Of a stretch of DNA of 64,000 bases, positions 50,009-61,047 are shown piece by piece (within the stretch, counting starts at the first letter, position 1; every line of letters starts with the position of its first letter). A model generated the notes under the pieces. The model had not been told where the DNA came from. It saw only the letters and a program-made list of their open reading frames with translations, and made no database searches. The translations under genes were made by a program, and so were the position numbers. Origin of the DNA: Mytilus californianus (taxonomy: Eukaryota); contig NW_026262734.1 of assembly GCF_021869535.1 (NCBI RefSeq), positions 17,546,001 through 17,610,000 on the forward strand, given 5' to 3'.

Positions 50009-52389
50009 ATGTCTATTAAAAATAAATAAAATTCCATGTTTAGTGTGTTTATTTTACCTGGATTAACGGGATACTGATCTATCATCAGTATGTTACATAG
50101 TACAGGTATGCTGTGTTCCTTCTGCTTACTTTATAAAATTTTCTTAAAATCTGCGGACACAAGTTCACTTCCGACTGTGTAATATTGCTGATTGCATATT
50201 TTCAGGCACAACCCAGCAAACACTTTTCAATTTCTAAGGTTACTCAACAAATTTATTGAGTTATTTTAATTCACATACTGCCTGTTATTTCGGAATAAAT
50301 TTCTTTTGTCAATGGAACAATCAAAGATATAGGCATATGCCAATGTTCAATTAATATTATTTTAGTTGTTGATCACGTCATAATTGGTTTGAGCTGTTTG
50401 CTATACGTCAATGAAGCAGTACCCAACGACACAAATAACCAAGCTTCTTGCAGAGCTCAACATATTGTTTCGCTTTTGCTTATTTGATTGCTTATATGGA
50501 TCAACACGGTTTTTAAACCTGAACCGTGAATATATGGTGCATTTATTTGATAATAGGTTGAAATTTACTGTTCATATAATGTTAAACTTTCCCTGTCATA
50601 ATTGCATTTTTCGATGAACAAATATATTCATATATCTTTATTACAAATATCTAAAACAATATTACATTTCGATGTATGACACATAAATTATTTAGTTTGC
50701 TTCATTCAAAGAGCTTTCATGATTATTTTCAAGGCATAATGATAATGATTATAATGATACTAATAAATCAGGTCCACATGAAGAGGAGTGGAAAAAGTCT
50801 CAGCTACATACTCATCAACAGACAAGTAATATAATGTAAGTATTAAAAGAGCCTACAAGCAGTTGTTAAATCAATTGATCATCAATCAAAAGTTGAATGT
50901 ATTTTATTTGTTGTCTTTGAAGGGTTTTCCCGAAATCTGAATAACACTCATTGTAAATTACAAATGAAATAAACAATATCATAATAATATCATTATTAAA
51001 AACGTAGCAAGTGGGTTGTACCCCCAACCTCTAGTAGTGGCATGGACACATGTATATCTAAACAAATGACCGACAGTATTATGACTTTGATATCGCTGCA
51101 AAACCCAAATTTCCTATATTTGAAGCTTTTAGAAAAAGAAACCGCAATTCTTTCATCTGAACACCTTTAATTATTTTTTTAAACGATTGTAGAGTATGCA
51201 TTAAGGTGAAAACATATTATCCAGCTTTGTCAACAAAATGTACGACGATCCTTGCTATACGTACGAAAGATTTAGATTGTTAATGTTCATTTACATTTAT
51301 TAATATCGTGTGGGACGGTCTGGTTTGCTCTACAGTACCACAACATGATGTTGTTAATCTGTTGTGTCTATCGTATTACACGAGGGTCAAATAATGTTTC
51401 CAAAGATTGTTCATGCCTTCCTTTGAATCAATTATTCTTGCATACATGATCTGTTCTTCTGAAAGAGTGAAACATTTTTGTTATTTATAAAAAATGTGTT
51501 TTCTTTGTAAAAGATGATTATTTAGTTCTATTTGTGTAATCTTAGTTTATGATGATTTTAAAGATAGATACATGTAACTGAAAATTTAAAAAAAATACTT
51601 GAAAGTACCAATGCATTAATTTTTCGATTCATTTATAACGTTATTTGTAAATTTTGATCAAAACCTACAATTCAAGGATAAACATACCTTAATGACAGAA
51701 GTTGTAACCAATAATTTATCAGTAGTTTATTTGATAATCTTGTACTTCTCGCCTAAAATAATAATAATAAAAAATTTCTTTATGCATAAGCATCAGTACA
51801 CAAAACAATGAGCTAGAGAATTTGAAATGATTTCAGATCAAATAACACAGAAAGATATGCCGCCAGCGACTAGTAGTTTTAATATAAAATGCACCCAAGA
51901 ACGTCAAAATGTGGTTAGATGGAATTTCCTAGTCCCGGGTTTGTAAGAAAGTAATAAGATTGGATGAGTAAAATGCATAGTGATTGCTTAGCTGTATGCA
52001 TATACTTTTGAAATTGCTAGAAAGGTATGGACATGACGTCCCTATCAATAGACCTTATATATTGTCCTTCCTAACTTCTCCATAAAATATTTTCGATAGT
52101 CATATTTTGTTCCTTTTTGTGTCCTATCCCTCTTTTATTGAACGTATTAACATTTCAAACTTATTTCAATTTCTAGACGATAATATACAGTTGTTGTTTT
52201 TGTCAATACTAAAAAAAAAACACGCGCGAGCGCGGCTTGAAGACTACTTGAAATGTTTATGGTAATACACAGCTTGTGTTCGTGTTTCTCAAACTGTTTT
52301 ATGCACTGATGCATTATGTTGATTGTTTTTATTAGTTTGTCAGTTCTTCTTCCATAGGAGTTTGAATGTCTAATTAGTAGCTTCTGTAT

Positions 52390-52780
52390 CGGTGTTACTC
52401 AGGTGCTCCTAGAACTGAGGAAATTACTCAGAGAAGAAGAAGACAACCTAGAACACTGATGATTAAAACATTTCTCAGTGGTGCTGGTTTGTAGTATTTC
52501 TTTTTTTTTTCGAAAGGTGCGAGTCAAGTTCTGTCTCTGTGTGAAACGGGTGCTCCTAAAACGGAGGAAATAACTCAGGGAAGAAGAACACAATCTAGAA
52601 CTCTCTGATGATTTAAAACATTTCTTCAGTGGTGCGAGTTTGTAGCTTTTTTTTTCTTGTTGTGCGAGTTCTGTCTCTGTGTGAAACGGGTGCTCCGAGA
52701 AAGGGGGAATTTACTAAGAGAAGAAGAAAACAATCTAATGATTAAACACATTTCTTTGAGTTTGTTATATTTCTTTTTTT
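52390..52780. repeat. Tandem repeat, ~140-147-bp unit, ~2.7 copies
   Basis: GGTGCTCC at 52402, 52549 and 52689, each followed by GGAAAT..CTCAG.GAAGAAGA. Confidence 0.8.
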
Positions 52781-53032
52781 TTTTTTGAGTGGTGCGAGTT
52801 TGATAAAGTGATGCAAGTTGTAATAATTAGTGAGAGTGTTTGAGTGGTGCGAATTGGCCGTGGGCCGAATTGTCGGGCAGTACGTCGACTGAGCATGCAC
52901 GAAAGCGTTCACGGATCGATAACCGTGTCCGAATTGGGATATTTTCTCAAAAATTGGCGTTTTCTGTGGAAAAAAGATTGTTTCAAAGACAAATTTAGGA
53001 AGTACAAAACATTACATTTATACGTCATATCA

Positions 53033-53109
<77 letters not shown>

Positions 53110-53309
53110 GTTCTGGGTCCAAAAATCTGCATACTTACCACATCAATAAAAATCAGTTGGAAAAAATTCTTTCTAAAAAAAGGTAAAGCAGTACAACCTA
53201 AAGTTTAAGATATTGAGTTATTGACTTTTCAGTCATAGCAAATGTGAATGTAGTACGTATTGGCATTTAAAAATGGAGACGGTTGGTTTTTTTCCCATCT
53301 TCTTGAAGT

Positions 53310-53600
53310 CACAGATAGAGACATTCAAAACTCTTTCAAAAATCAAAAAGAAACTCATACAGCCATAACCCGAAAGACAACGAAAAGACAAGAAATCCAA
53401 CAAAACAGCACATAAAAAAGCAAGACTGATCAATAAGAACCCTACCAAAATTTTGGGTGATATCACGTATCTAGAAAGTTACTTGTGGCACCTGTCATTT
53501 TGTTTATGATAAGTAAATACTAGGTGAAAGTTTCATTTCGTGATGTTACAATCGCGTAAGAGAGGAAGTATCATGCAGTTATGTCACAAGTAAGGAAAAG
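53310..53600 (-). mobile_element. Diverged Naiad-related 3'-end copy
   Basis: Reverse complement resembles 10640-10940 (GTGGCACCTGTC, AAGAACCCTACCAAAA). Confidence 0.5.
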
Positions 53601-53682
53601 AGTGCGGAAATGTGGTTACTACAATGTTTTCAACCCCTTCACGTTTGTATTGGGTTTTCGATTTTCAACTATTTTGCCTCGG

Positions 53683-53726
53683 GCATCACTGTACAGACAG
53701 TAATTGTCGAAATGCGCATCTGGTAC
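53683..53726 (+). ncRNA. Minimal hammerhead, 5' core mutated
   Basis: GCATCA-CTGTACA-GACA GTAAT TGTC-GAAA-TGCGCA-TC-TGGTAC. Confidence 0.7.
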
Positions 53727-54579
53727 AGTACAATTGGTACCGTTTAATTTATTGGAACAAACCATTAGAACTTATGTACAGCCATCTACTAAGGGGTTAG
53801 ACAAATACCAAGAAGTCTGTTTGTATGGTGGAAGAAGCTGAAATACTCGTTGAAAACCACCAGGTTTGCCAGATGAGAACAGATGAACCGAAGAAATGTC
53901 TGTAGATTGATCTCTTCGTCAAATTCGGGCCACCCAAACCATCCGAGGTCCCCAAGAACCAATTCAAGTTCCGACATAGGATCATAAGCACTGTAACCAT
54001 CGGTATTGACCACTAAGCCACACTTTACGAATTTTGAAAGAAATCAGACCAATTCGTTAAAAAAAAATAGCGATCCCTATTTATATGTTATTTTTTTCAT
54101 AGAATTGAATGATAGGTCTTGAACACTACTAATGGCGATTTTGAGACAGCACATTAATACTCTAATGTAATACAGCGATTTAAGAGCTTCGTAACAATGG
54201 CCTTATCGCCAAAATTGGCCTAAGACTAAACATGTTTTTAAAAAAATCGTACAACCTCAAAGTAACAACGTATATGCCATTTGTTTTATTACATCTCAAT
54301 TTCATCACATTTATAATACAAAAATCCTAAACCGCACTATAGAATATTAGATGCTGCACTGTTATTTTTTTTAGAAAGAAAGAAGACGTAGGAGGGACGT
54401 CATGTAGATATTTATCCTACGACAATAAAAAAACGCACATAGAGATCAGCATAAGTTTACCATAGGTCAAGCACCAAACCTCCCGAATCTATTAAAATAT
54501 TGATACGGAATGATTTTACAAAATACCGTTATAGCAACGGTACTTATTTTATGACACCGCGTTTCCACAATCACACATA

Positions 54580-55364
54580 CAGTGGCGATCACTTATAACC
54601 TCTCATCAAATCTGTCAGAATCTCTCAGGAGAACTGTTCTAGGGCAGTATGTAGAACTGTCATCCTGACACCTTTTAGACAGTTCTAGCTAGAACAGTTC
54701 TTACCTAGAACTGATTTGGTCAGTTCTACCTAGAACTGATCCTGACAGTTCTACACTAGAACAGTTTTAGACAGTTCTACCTAGAACTGACCAAATCTTT
54801 GGTCAGTTCTACGACTAGAACAGTTCTACGGCTAGAACAGTTCTACGATTAGAACTGATTTGGTCAGTTCTACGGCTAGAATTGATTTAGTCAGTTCTAT
54901 CCATAAACAGTTTTAAGAACTCTTTGTCTTAAATATAAATAAGTCAAAAGAATATAATATATATTAAAAAAGTCTCATCACAGCTCTGTTTTAACATTCA
55001 ATGACGTCATTTAGAACTGTTCTACAATCCTGACAGGTTTGGTCAGTTCTACGGCTAGAACAGTTTTAGACAGTTCTGTTAACAGTTCTACGGTTAGAAC
55101 TGATTAAGTCAGTTCTGCTGACAGTTCTACGGTTATAACTGATTTGGTCAGTTCTGTTGACAGTTCTACGACTAGAACTGATTTGGACAGTTCTACCTAG
55201 AACAGTTTTAGACAGTTCTACCCTAGAACTGATCCTGACAGTTCTACTTAGAACAGTTCAAGGGTAGAACTGTTCTAGGTATAACTGTTCTAGGACAGTT
55301 TAGAACAGTTCTATGACAGATTATTCTGACAGTTCTAATGAGAGGTTAGAAGTGATCTCCACTG
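54580..55364. mobile_element. Tc1/mariner-type MITE (785 bp) with palindromic minisatellite interior
   Basis: TA at 54578-54579 and 55365-55366; TIR CAGTGGCGATCACTTATAACCTCTCAT versus CAGTGGAGATCACTTCTAACCTCTCAT; interior made of TAGAAC(A/T)GTTCTA-derived blocks. Confidence 0.85.
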
Positions 55365-56380
55365 TATGTCCCCTTGGTTTCTTCTTCTATGAAAATCACA
55401 AACTTTATACAAACATTGAACCGCTTAAAACAAAAATTATGAATTAAATGATTGGCCATCAGACTCAATTCCTTGAACGACAAAATATTAAGATCTGATA
55501 ATCGACAAGATATAGTAATAACACGTGCCAGACATATAAATATTTGGCGACTGTGTGTAGACACAAGGATGTGCAATAAAAGTTTATTAAAGCACTAAAC
55601 TCTTCAATCCAGTGTTAAAGACAACAAAAACAAAAGTTCACGTAAAGCAGAGGTACGTGATTTCATATGAAACTGCTTGAAGTAACTCAAAACAACTTTA
55701 AAATGATTATGTCACTAAGCTGCTGAAATCTATATGATTTAGGCAATGGAACATCACCATCAAATATGGAAAATTAATGTGTCCAATTATAAAATAAACA
55801 AATGTGTAAGGACAAATGTACACACATCTGCGAAGCATGACCCTTTTAACATAAGGATGTTGATAGAGGAGAAACAACCCCAAATTATATAAGGAAAACA
55901 TACACATTCATGCAAAATTAGACAATAGAAAAATTAAAAATAAGCTAAATCAATTACTGTTTGACAGTCAAATAATCATGGGTCTGTTATAAGATTTCGA
56001 GAACTTTTGATTGGTTTGTTCCTGATATTCGAATATCAGATTGTTCTTGTAGAGAATTGATTAATTGAATCATTACAACGAACATATGACAAGACAGATT
56101 GGCTTAAAAATACTTTACCGTTAACTATTTACTGTTAAAACTGAACGTCCTATAGTATACACATTTTAGGGATTAACTTTAAACTAGGAAAATAACAAAA
56201 CATCATCTAAGTCTAATTTATGGTTGCAGGCGAAGTTTAAAAAATCGATGCAGTCGCTTGCAATCCGTTAACAATTCATGCGATGACCAAGATGGTTCAT
56301 CGTGACTTGTGTATTGGTGTTATGTTTACGAGTTTGGACATTAGTGAACTGATATTGTCTTAAATTCAGTTATACTTCAC

Positions 56381-56474
56381 CTCCTATATTTTCTGCAATT
56401 TTCTACAAATATCTTTCCCCAAACGGCAGTCAGGAAATACATGAGTAAAATGCCTGTGCACCAAATTATAACTT
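56381..56474 (-). CDS. Gene A exon 3: transmembrane helix (K)VIIWCTGILLMYFLTAVWG plus KIFVENCRKYR(R)
   Basis: Acceptor ATGATTTATTTACAG|, donor AG|GTGAAG, 94 nt, phase 1 to 2 like genes B and C. Confidence 0.7.
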
Positions 56475-56663
56475 CTGTAAATAAATCATTTAAGCATATA
56501 ACATACATTTTTGTCACTATCGGGAATATTTGGTCTGCTAATTTTTTTATTACATTCTTAAATGGACAGGACTACAAGGTAAATATACATTTTGATATAG
56601 AATCATCATATGTTACGTCGGGCACATTGCTAAGCCAAATTCCAAATACAATAAATATCTAGA

Positions 56664-56760
56664 AAAAAGAGGCAAAAGATACCAACGGGGCATTCAAACT
56701 CATAAGTCGAAAATAAACTGACAACGCCATGGCTAAAAAAGAAAAACAGTACACAAAACA
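56664..56760 (-). mobile_element. Naiad 3'-terminal fragment
   Basis: AAAAAGAGGCAAAAGATACCAACGGGGCATTCAAACTCATAAGTCG is the reverse complement of the pseudo-LTR end. Confidence 0.8.
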
Positions 56761-57249
56761 TCCAAGTTCCATCCATTTAAAAGTACACAAAACATAGAAG
56801 TTTCGTCCATTTAAAAGACAAAACTATCCGTATTTGAATGATGTCTATTTTGTATTTACTAGTACGCAGTGTATAGTGTATACTACGAATAATGATTTAA
56901 TAATTATATATGCACCTCCGTTTGATTTGTTGCTGTCATGTGAATCACAGCAGACTCACTAACTGCTCGACCAAATTCGTGGTATTGATACATATACAAA
57001 TATATGACTGCAAAACGTATATTAAAAATAAAAATTAGTTGTTAATAGATACATGTATAAGAAGATGTGGTATGAGTGCTAATGAGACAACTCTCCATCC
57101 AAGTCACAATTTGTAAAAATAAACCATTATAGGTAAGGCTTCTTCTGTAACCCACTAGCTCTAGAAAATCGGCTTTGTCAATTTAAATATGAATTGGTGA
57201 AGAAATATTTTTATTTTGGTGTTAACACCGCTTTTATTCTGTAATAGAA

Positions 57250-57583
57250 TATCTGTTTCACGATGGATATGTTCCAATTGTCGTAACCACAATCCATCAT
57301 CATTTTCCCGAATGTGATATACCGAATTAGACATATGACCGGGTTTGCACTTTCATGAGCAGCACGACGGCTGCCACATGTTGGACAGGATTTGCTGACC
57401 CTTCTGGAGCTCCTATGAATATCCCCGGTGTGTGGTGAGGTTCGTGTTGCTCAGTCTTTAGTGTTCTATGTTGTGTTTTGTATACTGTTGTTTGTCTTTT
57501 AGTCTTTTTGTTTTGACATGGCGTTGTCAGTTTGTTTTCGACTTATGAGTTTCAATGTCCCTTTAGTATCTTTTGCCTCTCTT
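57250..57583 (+). mobile_element. Naiad 3'-end copy
   Basis: Matches 10620-10958. Confidence 0.85.
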
Positions 57584-58108
57584 GTGTGAAAATATCTGGT
57601 GTGGTAAGTAATGCAATTCACAATCAGAGTTACATGGGAGATATACATAGATATATGTGTTGGTAAAACTCCTAAGGGTACAAATATCAGTAATTTGTTT
57701 ACATTACAATTAATCAAAAGATATGTGCATGGCAAGCGTATTAAACTAATGCATGTAAAGGTAGATATGTGTACGTGAGACCATATACAGCATTCTACAG
57801 AATATCGATACCAATCGACATCACAATGTGCACTGTGATTTGGTTTTTGTTCATTAGAAAAAAAGCTGTGATTATGTCAATAAGTATCTGGTGGAAAGTT
57901 GTCTTATTGGAAATTTTACCGCATCTTCCTATTTCTATATAAATATATTTAATAGGTGCACAGGGTGAAATTTTTCATAATGCAAACTATTTTGTCAACA
58001 CTACAAGCTGACCTGTCGATTTCCCTTTAAATGCTATGGTAATTGTTGGCAAAGACATTTTCAAAAACGTGTTTTGTTCCCTCTGAAATGGATGTTAATT
58101 ATACCTAC

Positions 58109-59143
58109 TGTAATAATTTTCATCAGGAAAATATCCCATTATTGTTGGTGTTTCTGTTGATAATGTTACCGGCGTTGGCGTCTTCAGCGTTGAAGGGAAC
58201 AAAGTTGATTTCGATATAGTGCGTTCGATATTTGACTCCGTTATGTCTCTGGTCATGTATTTTGACGTTGTTTCTGAAATAGTCTCTGTTATTGCTATCT
58301 GGTATGAAGGTTGCAGTACTGTACTGGGCGATTTGATTTGTTCTGACTTTAAAACTGCTGTGTGATACGTATACACATTTTGAAAGAATCGATGTGAAGT
58401 TTTTGTTTTCACTGATAACAATGTGGTCATGGGGTTCTTTGATCGTTTCACATTCAGAAACGAATAAACCAGATACAGGGCAGAGTAAGACAATTCAGAT
58501 TGTTTAAAACTTTTGGTTTTATCATCCATACTTGAATGGAAATGTGATCGATCGTATGAAAGTCCCATTATATACGACCTAGATGTTGTCTTCAGTGAAG
58601 ACTGAAGCTTCGTGCTATAGTTCACAGATTTTTCTCTTTCAAGTTTTAAAATAGATTGACTGTATGAAGTTTTCATTTGAGAACTTGACGAAGGCATGTT
58701 GAATTCTGAAGCTGTCGAATTCAAAAACATTATGGTGGAAGGGGTTTCTTTACTAAACGGTTTCACTATCTTTGTGGAATGGATTATTGCTACTCCATTT
58801 ACAGTTGTGTCGTTAATTTGTATTACAGATGTAGATATAGTTTCTTCTATAATATCTGATGCAGTTGACTTTGCGTATGTTAAGATTATATTATCAATTG
58901 TACTGGAAATTTGCGTTTCCTTTGACAGTGTATATGAATGTATTAGGTTGTCGCTTGACGTTGGCTTTATATTTAACAATAACTTGTCTTGACTAGCGTG
59001 TTCTGCAGTCGTAAAATATGTTTGAATATTTCTTGATGATAACTGAACTTCGGATTGAGGTGTATAACAGTCACTATATTTGGGAGCGCAGTTTCCTGCC
59101 TTGCATTTCACCAACCCCTCCGGACATGGTGCAGTAATTGTGC
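58109..59143 (-). CDS. Gene A exon 2: half-LDLa CPEGLVKCKAGNCAPKYSDC plus long Ser/Thr mucin stalk
   Basis: Acceptor TCTTCTTTATAACAG|; T+GC completes the LDLa Cys; donor A|GTAGGT; 1035 nt, phase 1-1, open throughout. Confidence 0.85.
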
Positions 59144-59385
59144 CTGTTATAAAGAAGATTCATGTTTAAGCCTGGAGTCATTTAAATGCATTAAAACCGA
59201 ATTGATTTAGCTATATTGATAGAAAAAGGCCAAATAAGCTTTTAGTTTCAGTTTATGCGGCAATAAAAGTAGACGACAGAGAGTTTTGATTTATAGTTGA
59301 CATACAATTAAGCAATTAAATATTGTAATGCCAAACAAATTATTTTACAACAACCTCATTGTGAAAGGCTCGCTTTTGACACTGT

Positions 59386-59745
59386 AAATAAAGGCAACTG
59401 TAGTATACCGCTTTTCAATATTCATAAATCGATTAAGCGAAAACAAATCCGGGTCACAAACTAAAACCGAGGGAAACACATCAACTATAAGATGAAAACA
59501 ACGGAACAACAGAAACACTGAACTGCAACAAAAACAAACGCCAACATACATAGACACGGATTACTTGATAACAACTGCCATATTCCTGACTTGGTACATG
59601 ACATTTTAAGAAAAAAATGGTGGGTTGAACCTGGTTTTATGGCTAGCCAAACCTCCCGCTTATATGGCAATGTTAAAAATACCGTTAAAATGACAACATT
59701 ACGTGACAGGAATACAGTACAAATAAACGCAAGAACACTCAGGAC
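59386..59745 (+). repeat. Interspersed repeat sharing the CCTGACTTGG core
   Basis: AATAAAGGCAACTGTAGTATACCGC...CCTGACTTGGTACA...AACCTCCCGCTT; related to 11080-11240. Confidence 0.65.
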
Positions 59746-60494
59746 AGAGAAACACATAAATAAATAATATAATAGTACATTACAACATGTTAACCACAGA
59801 ATAACAACGGACACCTCCCATGAATCCACAACAGCACACCAGAACACTGTTTGTCTTTGTTTCCTATATGATTTTGAAATTATCAATTTTGTTATGTTTT
59901 GGGTTTCCAAAACAATTAGGTTACAACACCCTTCACGAAATTTGTTTTTTAAAACTCACTTCTCGTGTTCATTGGTCTTTTTATTTTTTTCTTGTCGATT
60001 TTACATTTTTATTTGGATGAACTGTAATAGAACATAACATATGATTTCTTCGTGTTAAATAAACTTTTTGGAGGTCGCTTTAACATGTTCCTTACTCGGA
60101 AATCGACTACTTGTACTAGACAATGACGATGGAATGGTGCATTTATAACAAGATTCTGCTTGATAACCTGTTACTTATTCATTTTTGAATATATTGCATC
60201 TTAATGTTGTCTATCCCGTTAACGCTTCATGTTCCAGAGAATACAAAAAATAAATATGATTGGTCCTTAGTTACTGCCTTCTGGAATATTAAATCTCTTA
60301 ATATTATTTGAGGTTGTTATCGGTTATTTAAAGCAACATACACTGCACCTATGATAATTTTCTGTCCAATAACTTGCGGATCCCCTTGGACCATCTTACA
60401 TTGTTCAATATCTAACGAAATATCTACACATTGTTTACAAATTAGTATATATTAATAAATATGCTGTGTTATAACATCTGATACATGAACTTAC

Positions 60495-60651
60495 AATTCA
60501 CTTCATCAGATCTGTCTTCACAATCAAAATCGTTATTGCATATCAATGTTAAGGAAACACATTGTCCACTTGTACACTGAAATTGATCATCATTACAGGA
60601 TTCTACTGCTAATATATACAAAAGCAACGAAAAGGAGTTGTACCTTTTCAT
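60495..60651 (-). CDS. Gene A exon 1: putative leader MKRYNSFSLLLYILA plus LDLa module
   Basis: VESCNDDQFQCTSGQCVSLTLICNNDFDCEDRSDEVN(C); donor T|GTAAGT. The LDLa part is firm; the 5' boundary (ATG 60651 versus acceptors at 60608, 60605 or 60602) is uncertain. Confidence 0.85.
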
Positions 60652-61047
60652 GTGAACTAAAAATAGATAACCTGAAAGAAAATAATGTAATTTGTTACAT
60701 GTACTAATGATAAAAAATCTTCAAATCATATTTCTATAAACAGTACACTTCAAATGTTGCTCTGCCTTTACATGTTTTCATGTATTAGCTTGACATTAAA
60801 TTCCTTATTTTTTTCTGTTTCGAATACTTCATACAAAAAGATAAGGTTTCTTACAATTGAGGTGAACTATTGATAACATTATTTTCATACCTTTCAAAAT
60901 GTTTGCTCTGCATAGTTTTCACCGCCGCACGTAAATATACTTTAGGAATATTCTTGTTCAGTTTTTATGTATGTTTTTAGCATTATGAGTTAACATATTG
61001 CGCGTCAGTATATCAGCAGATAGTTCATTTTCTGTATGAAACAATAA

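Noticed and set aside
50772-50840. Plus-strand exon-like segment (also at ~16455-16500 and ~41300) suggesting an antisense gene
   Set aside because: Isolated splice-like sites with no consistent phase or recognisable protein; expected by chance in AT-rich DNA.
45117-58109. Single-gene model splicing the A stalk to the B LDLa exon
   Set aside because: Possible through a secondary AG at 45117, but a phase-matched transmembrane exon for A (56381-56474) and a signal exon for B (47272-47337) favour separate genes.
60096-60155. Possible extra 60-nt phase-1 exon in gene A
   Set aside because: No polypyrimidine tract; joining gives TAA or removes the sixth LDLa Cys, whereas direct splicing to 59143 restores it.
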